Origin: Escherichia phage ERS-1
Sequence record: PP337211
Length of the DNA: 64,000 bases
Reading direction: 5' to 3' (one strand)
In this document: piece by piece, positions 24,500-35,762 of the stretch
Layout of the letters: each line of letters begins with the position of its first letter
Numbering within the stretch: position 1 is the first letter of the stretch
Program-made: the position numbers and the translations under genes
The notes under the pieces: generated by a model
The model's input: the letters and a program-made list of their open reading frames with translations, nothing else
Told to the model about the DNA's origin: nothing
Database searches by the model: none

Positions 24500-25300
24500 T
24501 TAGGGTAAGTGGGCGGATGGCTTCTCCTGAGCGTGTTTCGGAAGGGTGACCCGCCCTGGCGGCCCGCCCTTCGGGTATGACGGGGGCCCTCCCCCGGAGG
24601 GCGGGACCGCCTTAGCTGGCGACGCCGGCGTGGTGCCCGCCCTCCGCCGAAGGGCGCCAAGCCGGTACCACTTGACGCGCCAGATGTGCTCGTCGGAGTC
24701 CTCCACTCGCCCGTCGTCGTGGTCCTGGATGCCCGCGGCCTGGGTCGTGGTCGGGTCGGCGACGCCGTGGGTGCGCGAACCGTTGTCTGCAGTACCTGCC
24801 AAGATCGTGGTGGTGTGGCGCCGGTGCCCTTGGTCTGGTTGGTCGGGACGTAGTCGTTGCGGAAGATCGGGGTGCCGGAGTAGGCCGGACCTCCGCGCCG
24901 CTGGCTCCATGCCCGTCATGGATGGTGGCCGCGGTGCGGAGTAAGCGCTGTAGCTGTGGACGCGGTGCGGTTGGTGCGCAGCCCGCTGGCTGTCCCGTTG
25001 GCGAGGTCCTTTGCCGTGATGGCGAAGCCGACGCCGGAGCCGTTCGCGCCGGTGGTCGCTTTCTGACCCGGAGGCGGGCGGCCGGATCGTGCCCGCCAGT
25101 CTGCGTCGCCCGCGCCGGCGCCGTTGATCGGTGGTTCCTGCAACTTGCGGCCTGGCGGACTTCGCCTTGGAGGCGATCTGGACCTGCGGTTGGTCGTCGC
25201 CGTCGCCGCAGCGGTAGCCTGGATCAGGCTGCTTGGCTTCGCGGCGTCACCCATGATGGTGGTGAGGTCGGAGTTGACCTTGGTGAGGTCGCAGCGGCCT
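24500..25300 (-). CDS. Hypothetical structural-like protein(s) (capsid or tail composition); frame broken
   Basis: rc peptides TTGANGSGVGFAITAKDLANGTASGLRTN, TTILAGTADNGSRTHGVADPTTTQAAGIQDHDDGRVEDSDEHIWRVKWYR. Confidence 0.25.
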
Positions 25301-25489
25301 TACCGTGTGGCGCCGGAGAAGGTCGTGCGATGGGCCTTTACGACGTTGCCGGTGACGTTCTCGCGGTTGTACGCGAGGCCGTCGCCTTCGATCAGTCGAG
25401 GGCGCCGAACCCGGCGGTTGACGGTGATGATGTTCTCATCCCTTGCCCGTGCCGTTCGTCCCTGGCCGCTGGCGCTTTCGGGTAGAAGC

Positions 25490-25942
25490 TTAGCCCTTTA
25501 CCGGCCTTCTCTTCCGGAGTCGATGAATCTTGCTGGCGGTTTTGCCGTGCCGGATTGCCGGTGTTCCGTCGCGGCCCGCGCAATTCACGCGTGGGCCTTC
25601 GCCTCTGGCGTATGTCGGTAGCGGACACCACAGTACGGTTGGCGAAAAGGGAAGCCCCCTGGCCGGGGGCCCCTGGGCCTCCCCGGATCCGTCCCTCGCC
25701 CACCGCGGCCCGCCTTGAACTGACCCTTGGCGAGGCCCTGGGCGATCCTTTTCGTTGGCCGGTTGGTGACCTTGCCCTGCTGGCGCGGAGGCGCTGACCG
25801 CCGCAGGTGCCGCCGCCCGCCGGGCTTCCGACTCCAAAGGGTGGTCCTGGCTTCTCGTTGGCCTTCGGTTTTTTTGCTGACCTGCTCGCGGATGGTCCGT
25901 GGGCTGGCCGGTTGCTGCGATAATGTGGTCGCCCTGGATCAC
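25490..25942 (-). CDS. Hypothetical protein, start overlapping upstream stop (GTGA)
   Basis: rc ...GVQ-TGA overlaps GTG-ATC-CAG (MIQGDHIIAATGQPTDHP...); an A7 run follows shortly after. Confidence 0.25.
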   Translation of the reverse strand: MIQGDHIIAATGQPTDHPRAGQQKNRRPTRSQDHPLESEARRAAAPAAVSASAPAGQGHQPANEKDRPGPRQGSVQGGPRWARDGSGEAQGPPARGLPFSPTVLWCPLPTYARGEGPRVNCAGRDGTPAIRHGKTASKIHRLRKRRPVKG

Positions 25943-27353
25943 TGAACACCTGACTTTAGTGCCTGCTGCTCCACCCCTTCCTCTACCTGGGCTTGATGAA
26001 CGGTGAGTTCCGGGGACGCCCTTCGGCCTCCGCGACGGTGGCGGGTGGTGCTCGACCTGGTAGCCCGTGGCCGGTTCCTGGAGGGCTTCGGCGCGGGCCT
26101 CCGGCCTTCTTCAGGCCCTTCGCGCGCGCATTGGCCAGCTCTGGTGAACCTTGTCCGGTTCAGGCTGGCTTCGCCGCCCTTGGCGGTTTCGTTCTGGAGT
26201 TCGGTCCGGCTTCGCGCCGACGCTCGGCCTTGATTTCCTCCGGCGTCGCCGAAGCTTGCCCGGCTGTTGGCGAGGTCTTGGCCTTCGCTTCGGCGCGAGC
26301 GGCCTTGAGGGTACGGTTCCCTGCCGGTTTTCCTCACCTCCCTTGTGGGCTTCGTCCGGGACGGTCTGCCCTTTATCGCCCTGCTGTAAGATTCCCCGGA
26401 ACTGTTCCGGGACCTTGTCGATGGAATCGACCGGAGCTGAATTCAGGGTGGTGGAATTGTATCCTCGTTTGCCGTGGATCACCCGCCTGTCCCGGCGCCT
26501 TGCGGTTTGTGTCTGTAGCCTCTGGGGCTTTTCGCGTCGGTGCCCGCCTTGCGGAAGGCGTCCGGCTTGCGCTCCGCGAGTCAAGAGCCTTGCTGTTGCC
26601 TGATCCGAACTGGTCTGTTCCTGCCCGCCCTCCCGGCTGCTGGCCTTGGCCCTCGCCCCTAACCTCCTTCCTGGAAGGAGGCGGGCTGCGCTTCAAGTCC
26701 TGACACGCGGTCGCCGCCGGAACCCTGCCCCACGTTCTCCGCGGCCCGGCTTTCCCCTGACGTCCTGGATCGGCTTGCCCGCCTCCTTCGCCTTCCGGCG
26801 GAAGTCGATTTCACGCTTGGCGCGGGTCCGGGGTCGTTGCGGTCGGGCGATTGCCCGGAGGCCCTCGCCGTCGATGTAGGCGACCATCCGACCGGCAGTT
26901 GAAGTGGGCCGGGGGCTTCGCGTCCTTGGGCTGGAGCCGGGGATGTCCGTGGCAGCTGTTCGTCGCCCGGGCTCCCGCGGCCGTCCCGGGTGGCGTGCCC
27001 TGCCGTGGCCGACCGTCCGGCGTGCTCCTCCCCGGCCTTCGCCGTGATGATGTCGCTGTCGGCGTCCCGGGTCAGCCCGCGCGGTATTGGACCCGCGGTC
27101 GACCGCGGTTCGGACGATCCCCTGGGCGTCCCGCCGGGCGTCGAGCGATGCCGTCCTGGGCGCGTCTGCGCGTCCGACCCCGCTGCGATGTCGTCAATGG
27201 GCTCCCCGTTCGTCTGTCCGAGCTGAAGGGCCGTGGTCCTCGCTGCTGGTCAGCCGCCTCCGGTGCTGAACCTGTCCTGCAGGAACCGCCCTGGAACGGG
27301 CGGGAGGTGGCGATGGCCCGGAGCTGGTCCGCGCTTCATGCCTTGAAGCCACC

Positions 27354-27672
27354 TCAATCGTGATGGAGGATGTAGGCAGGTCGATTTTCGGCCTGGCCTT
27401 CGAGGACGGCGAGCTGCCCCAGTCCGCCCGGCGGGTCTTGTACTCCGCGAGGGCCGCGGCCCGGGCTCCGCGGACGTCCGGCGGCCTTCCTGCGTTCGCC
27501 GGTGAAGTCCGTGCGCGGCCCTCGAAGCGGGCGAGCCGGGTGCGCGGTGTTCGGTCGGCGCGGTCCGCCTCCTCCTAGCCGGGCGACCCGCTCGGCGACG
27601 CCCGCGCTGTAGCGGCGCAGGTCATTTGGTGACGCAACGCGGCGTCCCCGGTACTTCGTTGAAGGTGGGCAT
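27354..27672 (-). CDS. Hypothetical small protein with RBS-supported start
   Basis: rc GGAGAAGGCA-ATG (ATG is complement of 27670-27672) in a locally AT-richer patch; C-terminal peptide ...GLGQLAVLEGQAENRPAYILHHD then stop at 27354. Confidence 0.3.
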
Positions 27673-30600
27673 TGCCTTCTCCATTTCTTCGGTCCGTTTG
27701 CTGAAGTGGTATAAGCCCGGTAATTGAGCGGCCGAGGACGATGCTCAAGGAGCCAAAGCCAAGAAGTGCCGGGTTCGACTCGCCTCCGGATTCCGGTTGC
27801 TTCGCCGCCTTCGCCGCCTTCGCCGCCCTCGCCGCCCCTCGCCCCTCCCCTTCGGCGGGTCTTCTGGCCGGGTCGGTGCCGGAGCTGCGCGGCCCATCGC
27901 CTCGCCGATCTTCCTTCTGCCCTCCCCTCGTCCGTTGAAGTCCTCCGGCAGGACCCCGCGGCGGAGGCCGTTCGGGTGCCCCGCGGCGACGTCGCGCTTC
28001 TCGCGTGCGACTTGGAGGGCCTGAAGGCCCGGGGCGTCCGTTTTTCCGTCAGGCTCCGGCCTGCGCGCCGCCGTTCGGCCCAGGCGGAGCCGTTCGCGGT
28101 GATGTCCAGGGCCTGGGCCGGGCGTCCTCGAACTGCCCGTTGTCGCGTTCCGTCGCCGGTCGCCTCCGCGCTGTCCGGCGCCGGGCGGTCGCCGTCGCCC
28201 GCCGGTCTGCGCTTCGGGAACTCCGCGCCAGGCCCGCCCCTTCCCGCCTCGGGTGTCCTTGAGGTCCGTGCGGCCCGCGGCGATGGCTTGGCCGGTGTGC
28301 TCACCAGAGAACCGGCCCGCCGGGTCCGGGTTGGGCCCTTGTCCGGCCTGACCACGGCCGGGTCCCAGTCCTCCCCGCACGCCCCCGAGGCGAGGATCGG
28401 GAAGCGGGAGACGGTGAGGATGTGGCGTTGGTCGGAGGAGGACTGCCTGTGAGCCACGTCCGTTGAGGTGAGCCGTGTCCGGGAGCGGGGGCTTGCCCGG
28501 CGAAGCCTTGGCGGTCCGCGTAGAAGGTGACCTGTGGGACGGGTAGTTCTGGCCCGTCGCCCCTTCCTCGCCCTTGCCCCCTTCTGGGCGTTGGACTTTT
28601 GCCGGCTCCCGGCTGAGGCCCGGCTCCGGACGCGGATGCGGCGCTTGGCGTCTCCGCGAAGCCGTCCTGCTCGGCGTAGTGTTCGATGATGCGGACGTGC
28701 TGGAGGACTTCACCCCGTCGATCACCTCTGACCGGGCGGCTGGGGTCGGCTCTGATCAGATCCTGTACGGGCGGTGCTCTCCCGGCGGTCCTTTGCGGGT
28801 CCGGGGTTGGCCGTCCTCCCGCGGGGCCGGGCGGGGGTCGATGAGGACGTGGCAGGGCCTTGCCTTGCCTTCGCGAACCCTTGATGGGCCAACGTTTGTC
28901 GTTCCCCGCAGGTTCCTTGTTGGTGATCGTCTCCAAATTGCCTTGGGCACGTCTCGCCTCCAGCTTGATCGGCTCGCTGAGGGCTTGCCGCTCTGGGCGT
29001 CCGCGTCTGTTCGACCTTGTTGAGGAGGACGGCGGAGGCCTGGTGCTCCTGATAGCCCTTGTCCGTCTCCCTCCTGGTGGCGGGTACGCTCCGCCCGCCT
29101 CGCGGATCGTTTGCCCCGCCTGGTCTCCATGACGTGCCGTGCGGAGGTTGGGCGTCGCCCCCGCTGGTCGTGGCGGGGGGCTCTTCGGGCTTTGTCGGCC
29201 GGTTGGTTCTCCTGGTTCGCGGATCTCGCCCGAAGGCGAGGACCCTGGCAGTTGCACCGAGGTTGCCCTGCTTGACGCGCGTGGCTCGTGCGCGGTAGCG
29301 GATCGCGTCGGCGTGGTCCTCCGCCTCCGTGTTTGTTGTCCGTCCTCGTCGTCGTGGGGGGGGGACCGTCCGATGGTCTGTGATGCCTGTCGAAAGACGG
29401 GACCTGCCGGGACCTCGCGCGGTCCCCCGCCCGCCGGAGGTAGTCGCCCCCCAGGCTCGCGGATTCGCTCCTGCCTGCTTGCGCGAGCCTGGGCCTCGTC
29501 CGCGGGCGTCGGCGACGCCCTTCCTCTCCGTCTGGCGGCGATGCCGTCGCCGTTCTCCCGTCGAAGATGGAGGAGCTGCGGGGCCGGGCTGACCCACCTT
29601 CCGGCGCCCAGCCCCTCCTCCCGGCCCTTGCCCTTGGGCGACCTCGGAGGTGAGGCGCGGATGCCCTCGTTGCGCGTTCCGTTCCTGCCGTACCGCCCTG
29701 GAACGGGTGATCGCCCCGCCTTCCCGGCCTCGCGGCCGTTCCCCTGGAACGGCTCCCCTTCCGACTCTGCCTCGGCGACGGCGAAGGGCTTGCAGCTGCC
29801 CCGTCGAAGCCGCGGCGACTTTCACCGCTTCGGGATCGCCGATGGCGGGACGGAGGGCGGGTGCACGTCCCCGCGGTAGATGTCGTCGGTGTCCCTTCCC
29901 GCGCAGACGCCCCAGGAGCCGTGGAGCCGGCGGCGAGTTCGGAGGGGTTCCGGCCGCGGCTCGAATCTTGCCGATGTACTCCGGGCGGCGTGGGGGTATC
30001 CGGTTTTCGGCACGGACCGGTGGATGGCGACCCGGGGCGGTTCGCGCTCGCCGTCTCGTCGCGTCCAGGATTGCCCACCGCGGCTGTGGGGAGGCGGAAG
30101 CGGGCCTCTGACCCTGTTGTGGCCGGGGCCGTAGGGGTTGGTGGTCGCCCGGTAGCGGGTCCCGGCTTCGCGGGAGTGGTGGTGTCCGTTAATGGCGAGC
30201 CCCGCCGTCGCCCGTTGGTGCTCTTCCCGCCGGTTGCGGATAGGCGTGGCCGTGGCAGTTCAATCCTCCGCGACTTCTGGCGCCCTGCTCCTCGCCGTCC
30301 GGGAGGTCTTCTGTGCTCCCCTTGTTGTACTTGGCCCCCGGGAAGATGCGCTTGAACCGTTGGTCTGTCGATCGCGTCTGAGGGCTGGGGTAGGTCTGAC
30401 GGGGAACTGTATGCCCCGCCTCTCCACCCGTAGCCCTTCCCCCGCGCTGGAGGAAGCCTTCCCTGGTCGGTCTTGCCCGGGCCGCGCGTCCCCTGCCTCC
30501 CTCGAAGATCGGGTGCGCCTTTAGGAAGGCGAGCTGCGACCCGCACCGGCCCTTCCCTGTCGCCTCCGACTCCTTCCCCCGTCTCCGGTCCGCGGCAGCC

Positions 30601-30849
30601 CTGGCTCGCCGGGCTCCGCCTCGCGCCGCTCGGGTTCGGGTAGTCCGGGCGGGCGGCGATGGCGACCGCCTTGTCGGCTTCGGTTCGAGCGGTCTTCCTG
30701 CCGCCCTCCCCGGTCGGACGGCCCGACGGTCCGCGGGCGAGGTCCCCGGGTCTGGTTCTGCCGTCGTTGATCGTGGCCGGAGCCCCCGGGACGATTACCC
30801 CGCCGGTGCCCGAGGTGGTTGCTGGCCGCGTCCTTCCCGTCCTTGAACT

Positions 30850-31250
30850 CCTGCGGTGGGCGCGGAGGCTGATGGCGCGAGTGAATCGCTGGCACCCTCC
30901 GCCGGTGATGATTTCGTCCTTGAACTTCCCGCCGATGATCGGCGCTCCGCCGCCCCGCGCCCGCTTCAGGCCGCGCCGGAACCTGGTGCCGGCTTTGTCG
31001 CTCGGCGGGCGTCCTCCAGGGCCTGGGAACTCTCGGTCCCTTCCCCGGTGATAGTCGATGGTGGAGCCGGAGACGCGGCCTCCGCGGTGTATTCCGCCCT
31101 CCCGTCGGGACGCGTGCGGAGGGCTCCTGGCACCTGCTCCTTGCGGTCCGAGGTGAAGGGCCCTTCGGCTCCGGCTTTTGGTCTTCCTGGTTGCGGTTCG
31201 CTCCCCCTTCGGCGTGTACTGTTCGTCGGTTGTGCTGCGTGGCCACCCGT
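30850..31250 (-). CDS. Hypothetical protein downstream of the 31.3-kb promoter; frame broken
   Basis: rc peptide GSTIDYHRGRDREFPG...RRGLKRARGGGAPIIGGKFKDEIITGGGCQRFTRAISL. Confidence 0.25.
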
Positions 31251-31281
31251 CCCGGCCTCGGTCGGGCTTTCCCTCGCCGCG

Positions 31282-31310
31282 AGTATAGCGTGAGCTTGGG
31301 CAATAGCCAA
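31282..31310 (-). promoter_or_regulatory. Sigma70-like promoter (-35 TTGGCT, 17-bp spacer, -10 TATACT)
   Basis: rc ccTTGGCTattgcccaagctcacgcTATACTcgcgg; sits ~100 bp downstream (minus sense) of AT-rich island B. Confidence 0.5.
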
Positions 31311-31419
31311 GGGCGGGTCGCGCCCGCCCGCGGGGAGAGGTCGAGGAGCGTGTGGGCGGATTGCCGGCAGGCGCGCAGCGTCCTCCGCTTAGGTTCGAGG
31401 GCTGCGTTCCACTTTCGTC

Positions 31420-31640
31420 CGAAAAAAAAAAAGTCAAGCGGTAAAGGTTAAAAACCTGCCCTTTATATACAGACAGACAGATAGATACTTAACTCACTAA
31501 CTCACTTACCTTAACCCCCTGACAGCCCTTCGGACAGCCGAAACCCTCAGTGGTGATTCTCTGGGCGGTCCGCCGGGTCGATTTGTCGGCAGAATTTATT
31601 TCAGGGTAAAGATCGAAGGTAACCTAGCTAAGGACGTGAA
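31420..31640 (-). promoter_or_regulatory. AT-rich intergenic island B, homologous to island A
   Basis: A11 run at 31422-31432; tttatata at 31463-31470; (CAGA)n and TAGATA repeats; ttaactcactaactcacttaccttaaccccc at 31489-31519; shared flank motifs GCTAGGTTAC and CGAYAAATCG. Confidence 0.5.
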
Positions 31641-32999
31641 CCCCAGACGGTTTGACCTCCCGCCTCGCCTCGCTTTCTCTTTTCGGAGCTGAACCCAGTG
31701 CATTTCGTAACCCGGGAGGTTCCCGGTCACGGAAGTGGAGAAGGAGGAGGGAGCCCCGCCGGTTTTCCGCTGGCCTTCGGCCTCCTGTAGCGAAGTCGGT
31801 CGATTGCCGCCCGGCGGGGCATTCAGGGGCGGGCTGCCCAGGTGTCGACCTGGATGGAAGGGGGTGAGGAGCCGCCCCGGCGGGCCTCCAGGTGGAGGGG
31901 AGGGGGTGGTTGTTGACGTAGGTGGAGCGGGGCGGTGGAATTGAGGGCGGCGTCCTCCGGGTCCCACGCCGCCCTCGACGGCCTGTCATCCCAGGTCGGT
32001 GCGATCGACCGGGAGACGCTGACGCGCTCCCAGCCCGCTCCGTCCGAGGCGATTGCGAAGCAGGGGCGCGGGCGTCCCGGGCGTTCAGCTTCAGCTCGAA
32101 GGCTCCGTTGTTCCCGAAGGATGGGTGGAGGCCAGACGGCCCGCGGTGACGCGGTACTGTTGGGGTGGAAGCCTTCAGTCACCTCCGTCTCGCGGGGCCG
32201 CGGCCCCTGGATTCCCCGATCAGCGCGACCGGACCGGCGGCGTTGAGCTGGGCGTTGAATTGCCGCTCCGTCTCCGCCTTGTTCTCCGGCTCATCGCCGA
32301 AGCAGACCCCGGCCCCGTCGGGCCGTAGGGGTGGGCTCCTCTGTCGTCGGGGTAAGTGGCATTTCGCGACGTCTCCCGGTTCGATCCGCAGGACCTTCCG
32401 CCGGCCGGCTAGCCGAACCGGGTCGTGTCCGCCCGGGAGCGGCTGAACTCGCTGTGGATGCGGTCGAAGTCGGACGGGTGGACGGGGCGGATCGGTAGAT
32501 TCATGAAGGGTCGCGGTCGCCGGTTGGGTTGCTCCAGGCATTCCCCGGCGTCGAAGTCGTGGACCTGTAATGGAGGATCTGGGGTCGCTGTCCGGTGATC
32601 GTCTCCCCATGCCCGGGCTTCGCCGGCGGTGTGCGGCGTACTGGCTTTATGGGGGTTAACGGAATTCGAACAGGGCCTGCGTCGGGTTGGCTTCGCCTCC
32701 GTGCCGGGTCCGAAGCCGCCGGACGGCCCGCTTCGCCTGGTCGATCGAGTTCGTCACTGTTCCGTGGTTCTCGGGTGTTGGAATAAGGTCGTTCTGGCGC
32801 TCCCGCTCCGCCTCCGTCTGTTGGTGCGGCCGGGCGCGGGGCGTCCGCGGCGGTCGCGGACCTCCCATTCACCGGCCGCCTTCCTCCGGGTAGCTGGAGC
32901 CGGCGGGCCGCTCGCCTTCGCGGGCGAGGGTTCCCGGTAGGTGACCTGATGAGGCAGGGGATGCCCGCCGCGGTCCTCGAACCTGGAGTGTCAGCCTCC

Positions 33000-33730
33000 C
33001 CCGGATCGCCGGAGCCGGTACCCGGTGACGGTTCGGCTCCGTCGTCGGCAGTCGTGGCGGTGATCCTTCGCCCGGCGGACCTGTAGCCGTCGCGGGTCGT
33101 GCCCGGAGGAGGTGGATGGCGCGGCGGTCGGCGGGGCGTTCGGCGTGTCGTTGCCTCGCCCTCCTTCGCCGGGGTTCGGGGCCGCGTGGCCTTCCCCCTC
33201 TGGGCGGCCTTCAGGGCCGCGCGGACTTCGCCCGGGACCTCGTCGAGCAGCTGGATCGCGTCGGCGTCCAGGGGCTCGCGCCCCGTTGAACTTCGGCAGG
33301 GCCTCCTCGAACCGCCAGCGGCCCGGGCGAGGGTCGCCTGAGCGTCGCCGGTCCGGGAACCTCCTGAAGTGACGGAAGATGTCCGCGGCGAGGCGGGCCG
33401 CTCCTTCCCTCACTTGGACAGGCCTTGGTCACCGTGATCTGGAGGGCAGCCCGGGCGTCTCCGCCGCAGAACCCGCTGGCTGGTAGCCTTCCCGGGGGCG
33501 GTTGATCGGTTTGGTGCCGCTTCTTTACCTCCCGGGGCGTTGCTGGGCTTCGTCCGCTCGCGGCGGTCGATGGTCTGCCCATCTCCTCCTGTTGTCCGCG
33601 GCGAGTTCGAGGAGGGACGCCCGGGCGCGGGCTTCCGATCCGCCCTGGGTCGTTCGCGTTCCGCGGTCGCGGAGGTCGTTGAGGGTGTTCTCCCGGGTTG
33701 GTAGTTGTTGGCCGGCGGTTGGGTTCTCCT
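33000..33730 (-). CDS. Hypothetical protein; frame broken
   Basis: rc peptides ENTLNDLRDRGT...EARARASLLELAADN, REGAARLAADIFRHFRRFPD, PLDADAIQLLDEVPGEVRAALKAAQRGKA. Confidence 0.25.
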
Positions 33731-33749
33731 TCAGAAGGATGATCTGCTT

Positions 33750-34500
33750 GACTTACCTTTGCCTGGTGCGGTCGAAGTCGCGGTGAAGTGGGTGATCTTC
33801 GGCTGGACTTGTTTGGTGGCACAGGCCCTCCGGGGTCGCGATTTGGCGTAGTGGATGGAGTGGACCTGGTTCCGGCCGGGTTGCCGGGTTCCTGACTTCC
33901 GCGCGGGCGAAGGACTGGAATTGGTAGCTGTCGGACTTGATCGTGAGGCGGCCTTGAAGTTGCCCAGGGACAGGACGCGGCGGGCGGTCAGGTCCTGGCG
34001 ACCTTGGTCGATGGTCTCCTCCAGGAGGACGGCCTTGGTGGCGTTGGCGGATTTGGTTTTGCTCTTCTTTTCTGGGAAGTTCGGCGGATCGGCTCCGCCC
34101 CGGGTTGGTGTATTGGTTGATGGCGGCGATGATTTCCTGCCTCCGGGTGGTCGAAGGCGAGTTGCGTGGCTTGTAGAAGGTTCCGCTCCAAGTCCTCGCG
34201 CTGGGGTACTTCTGGTAGGGCGTTGAAGCGGCCTGTGATTGGCTGCGGCGTCTCCGCTGACCTCGCCCGAGTAGCCGTTGGTGTCCTGCTGTTGGCTTCC
34301 GGTTCTCAAATTGCCGGGGGCGGGTATTGCGCGCTGTTGGACCTGCCGGCATGTACCCTGTACGCGCCGTCGTACTCCTCCGGGGCCCTTCTGGAGGTGG
34401 CTGGCAGGCCCTTCCCACCGGAGGAAGCCGCGCCAAGAAGGTCGGGAGGATTTGGAGGCGCTGTCGTCGTTGTCGATGCGGGTGGCGGTGATCTTGCTCG
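33750..34500 (-). CDS. Hypothetical protein downstream of promoter at 34.55 kb; start codon reads ACG after a canonical RBS
   Basis: rc GGAGAACTCAC-ACG-AGCAAGATC (would give MSKITATRIDNDD... if ATG); peptides EIIAAINQYTNPG, KAVLLEETIDQGRQDLTARRVLSLGNFKAA. Confidence 0.3.
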
Positions 34501-34544
34501 TGTGAGTTCTCCAGTTCCGTTGTGGCCGGCACCGTCCCGACCTG

Positions 34545-34580
34545 AAAGAAGTATAGTGGGGGCCTCCGAAGAAGTAAAGC
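34545..34580 (-). promoter_or_regulatory. Sigma70-like promoter of the recurring family (-35 TTTACT 34573-34578, -10 TATACT 34550-34555, 17-bp spacer)
   Basis: rc GGGGCTTTACTTCTTCGGAGGCCCCCACTATACTTCTTTCAG; near-identical to the site at 36953-36990. Confidence 0.6.
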
Positions 34581-34908
34581 CCCGGAGGTCGATCGGTTGA
34601 CGGGCGGTAGGGGTCGGAGTCCTCGCGCGGCGAAGGCCGGACCGCTCCCGCCTCGCCTTGTCGTGGATTGTTCGCCGTCCGCCTCCGCCGTCGGTCCCGG
34701 TCCCGAAGCTGAAGCCCGGGATCGTCGCGCGGAGGACCGCGAGCCGTTGGGCGAGACGTTCGGGCGATCCCCGTTGCGAACTCATCGCCCGGCGGAGTTC
34801 CCCGGCTGGCCTGAAGGATTGGCGAGGGCGTCCGCGGGACCTGGAGGGCTTGATCGCCGGCGCGGTGGCCCTGTTGTCGTTGATTCGTTTCCTGCGAGTC
34901 GGGACGGG

Positions 34909-35616
34909 TCAGGGCGACGGCCCGGGCCTCCCCGAGGGCTCCGGTGAAGGCCCTGCGGTTGAGGACCCCGGTGAGGGGTCCTGGTAGGTGGCGGCGCAGG
35001 CCCCGCCCTCAGCTTGCCGCGGAGGGCTTCGAGGAGGTTTGGGCGCTTCCGGCTGGTTTTTCGGGTTGCCGATCCGCTGGAGGTCGGTCTGGGCCTGGCC
35101 GCGCACTTCCGCGTGCTCCTCGGCGGTGGCCTTGATCTTCGGCTCCTCGCCTTCCTCCGCGTAGAAGGCCCCGGACTTCGAGCAGGCAGGCCCCGGTCGC
35201 GCGGTCGATTGTTGTGACGACGTGGACCGTCTCGATGCCGTAGCCGTTCCTGGCGTCCCGGTGAAGGTGTAGCGGTGGCGGCGGTTGCGTCTGAAGGCGG
35301 CGTGCGCTTCTTCGGCTCGCCCGCTGTTGGGCTTCGGCTTCGGCGGGCGAGTGCGGGACCCGGCGGGCGACCTCCTGGGCGGCTGCGTTTCCCCTTCCTC
35401 GAAGTCCGGGAGGGGCGTCGATGCCCGCTGCCGATGCAGCCCGCGGGGCCTCGTGGAACTCCTTGCCCGCGTAGGGTCCGAAGGCGAACTTGCCGCCCGA
35501 TGGCTGGCGCTTCTCCTCCTCCTCCGCGGCCCGTTCCGCGGCCCTGCGGTCCTCGCGTCTTCCGCTCGCGCTCCCGGCGCTCGGCTCGCGGCGTCGGCGC
35601 GGTGAATCGCGTTCAT
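34909..35616 (-). CDS. Hypothetical protein with RBS-supported ATG; frame broken
   Basis: rc GGAGGAA-ATG (ATG is complement of 35614-35616), N-terminus MNAIHRADAAS; peptides GKFAFGPYAGKEFHEAP, NGYGIETVHVVTTIDRATGACLLEVRG, AFYAEEGEEPKIKATAEEHAEVRGQAQTDLQRIGNPKNQPEA. Confidence 0.35.
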   Translation of the reverse strand: MNAIHRADAASRAPGARAEDARTAGPRNGPRRRRRSASHRAASSPSDPTRARSSTRPRGLHRQRASTPLPDFEEGETQPPRRSPAGSRTRPPKPKPNSGRAEEAHAAFRRNRRHRYTFTGTPGTATASRRSTSSQQSTARPGPACSKSGAFYAEEGEEPKIKATAEEHAEVRGQAQTDLQRIGNPKNQPEAPKPPRSPPRQAEGGACAATYQDPSPGSSTAGPSPEPSGRPGPSP

Positions 35617-35762
35617 TTCCTCCCCGGAGGGAGTCGCGGGAGGTCGTGAGCTTCAGGCCCTTGCGCCTGGTGCTTCCCTGGGCCTTCTCGAAGGCTTCGT
35701 CGGGTCCTGGCCTGGCTCTTGACGTGGTAGCTGCGGACCTCGAAGGAGCCCTGAGGCTGCCT

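Noticed and set aside
33000-33730. Sigma-factor-like gene (peptides LLELAADNRRRW, AARLAADIFRHF)
   Set aside because: Resemblance is superficial; no contiguous region 2 or region 4 helix-turn-helix signature could be reconstructed.
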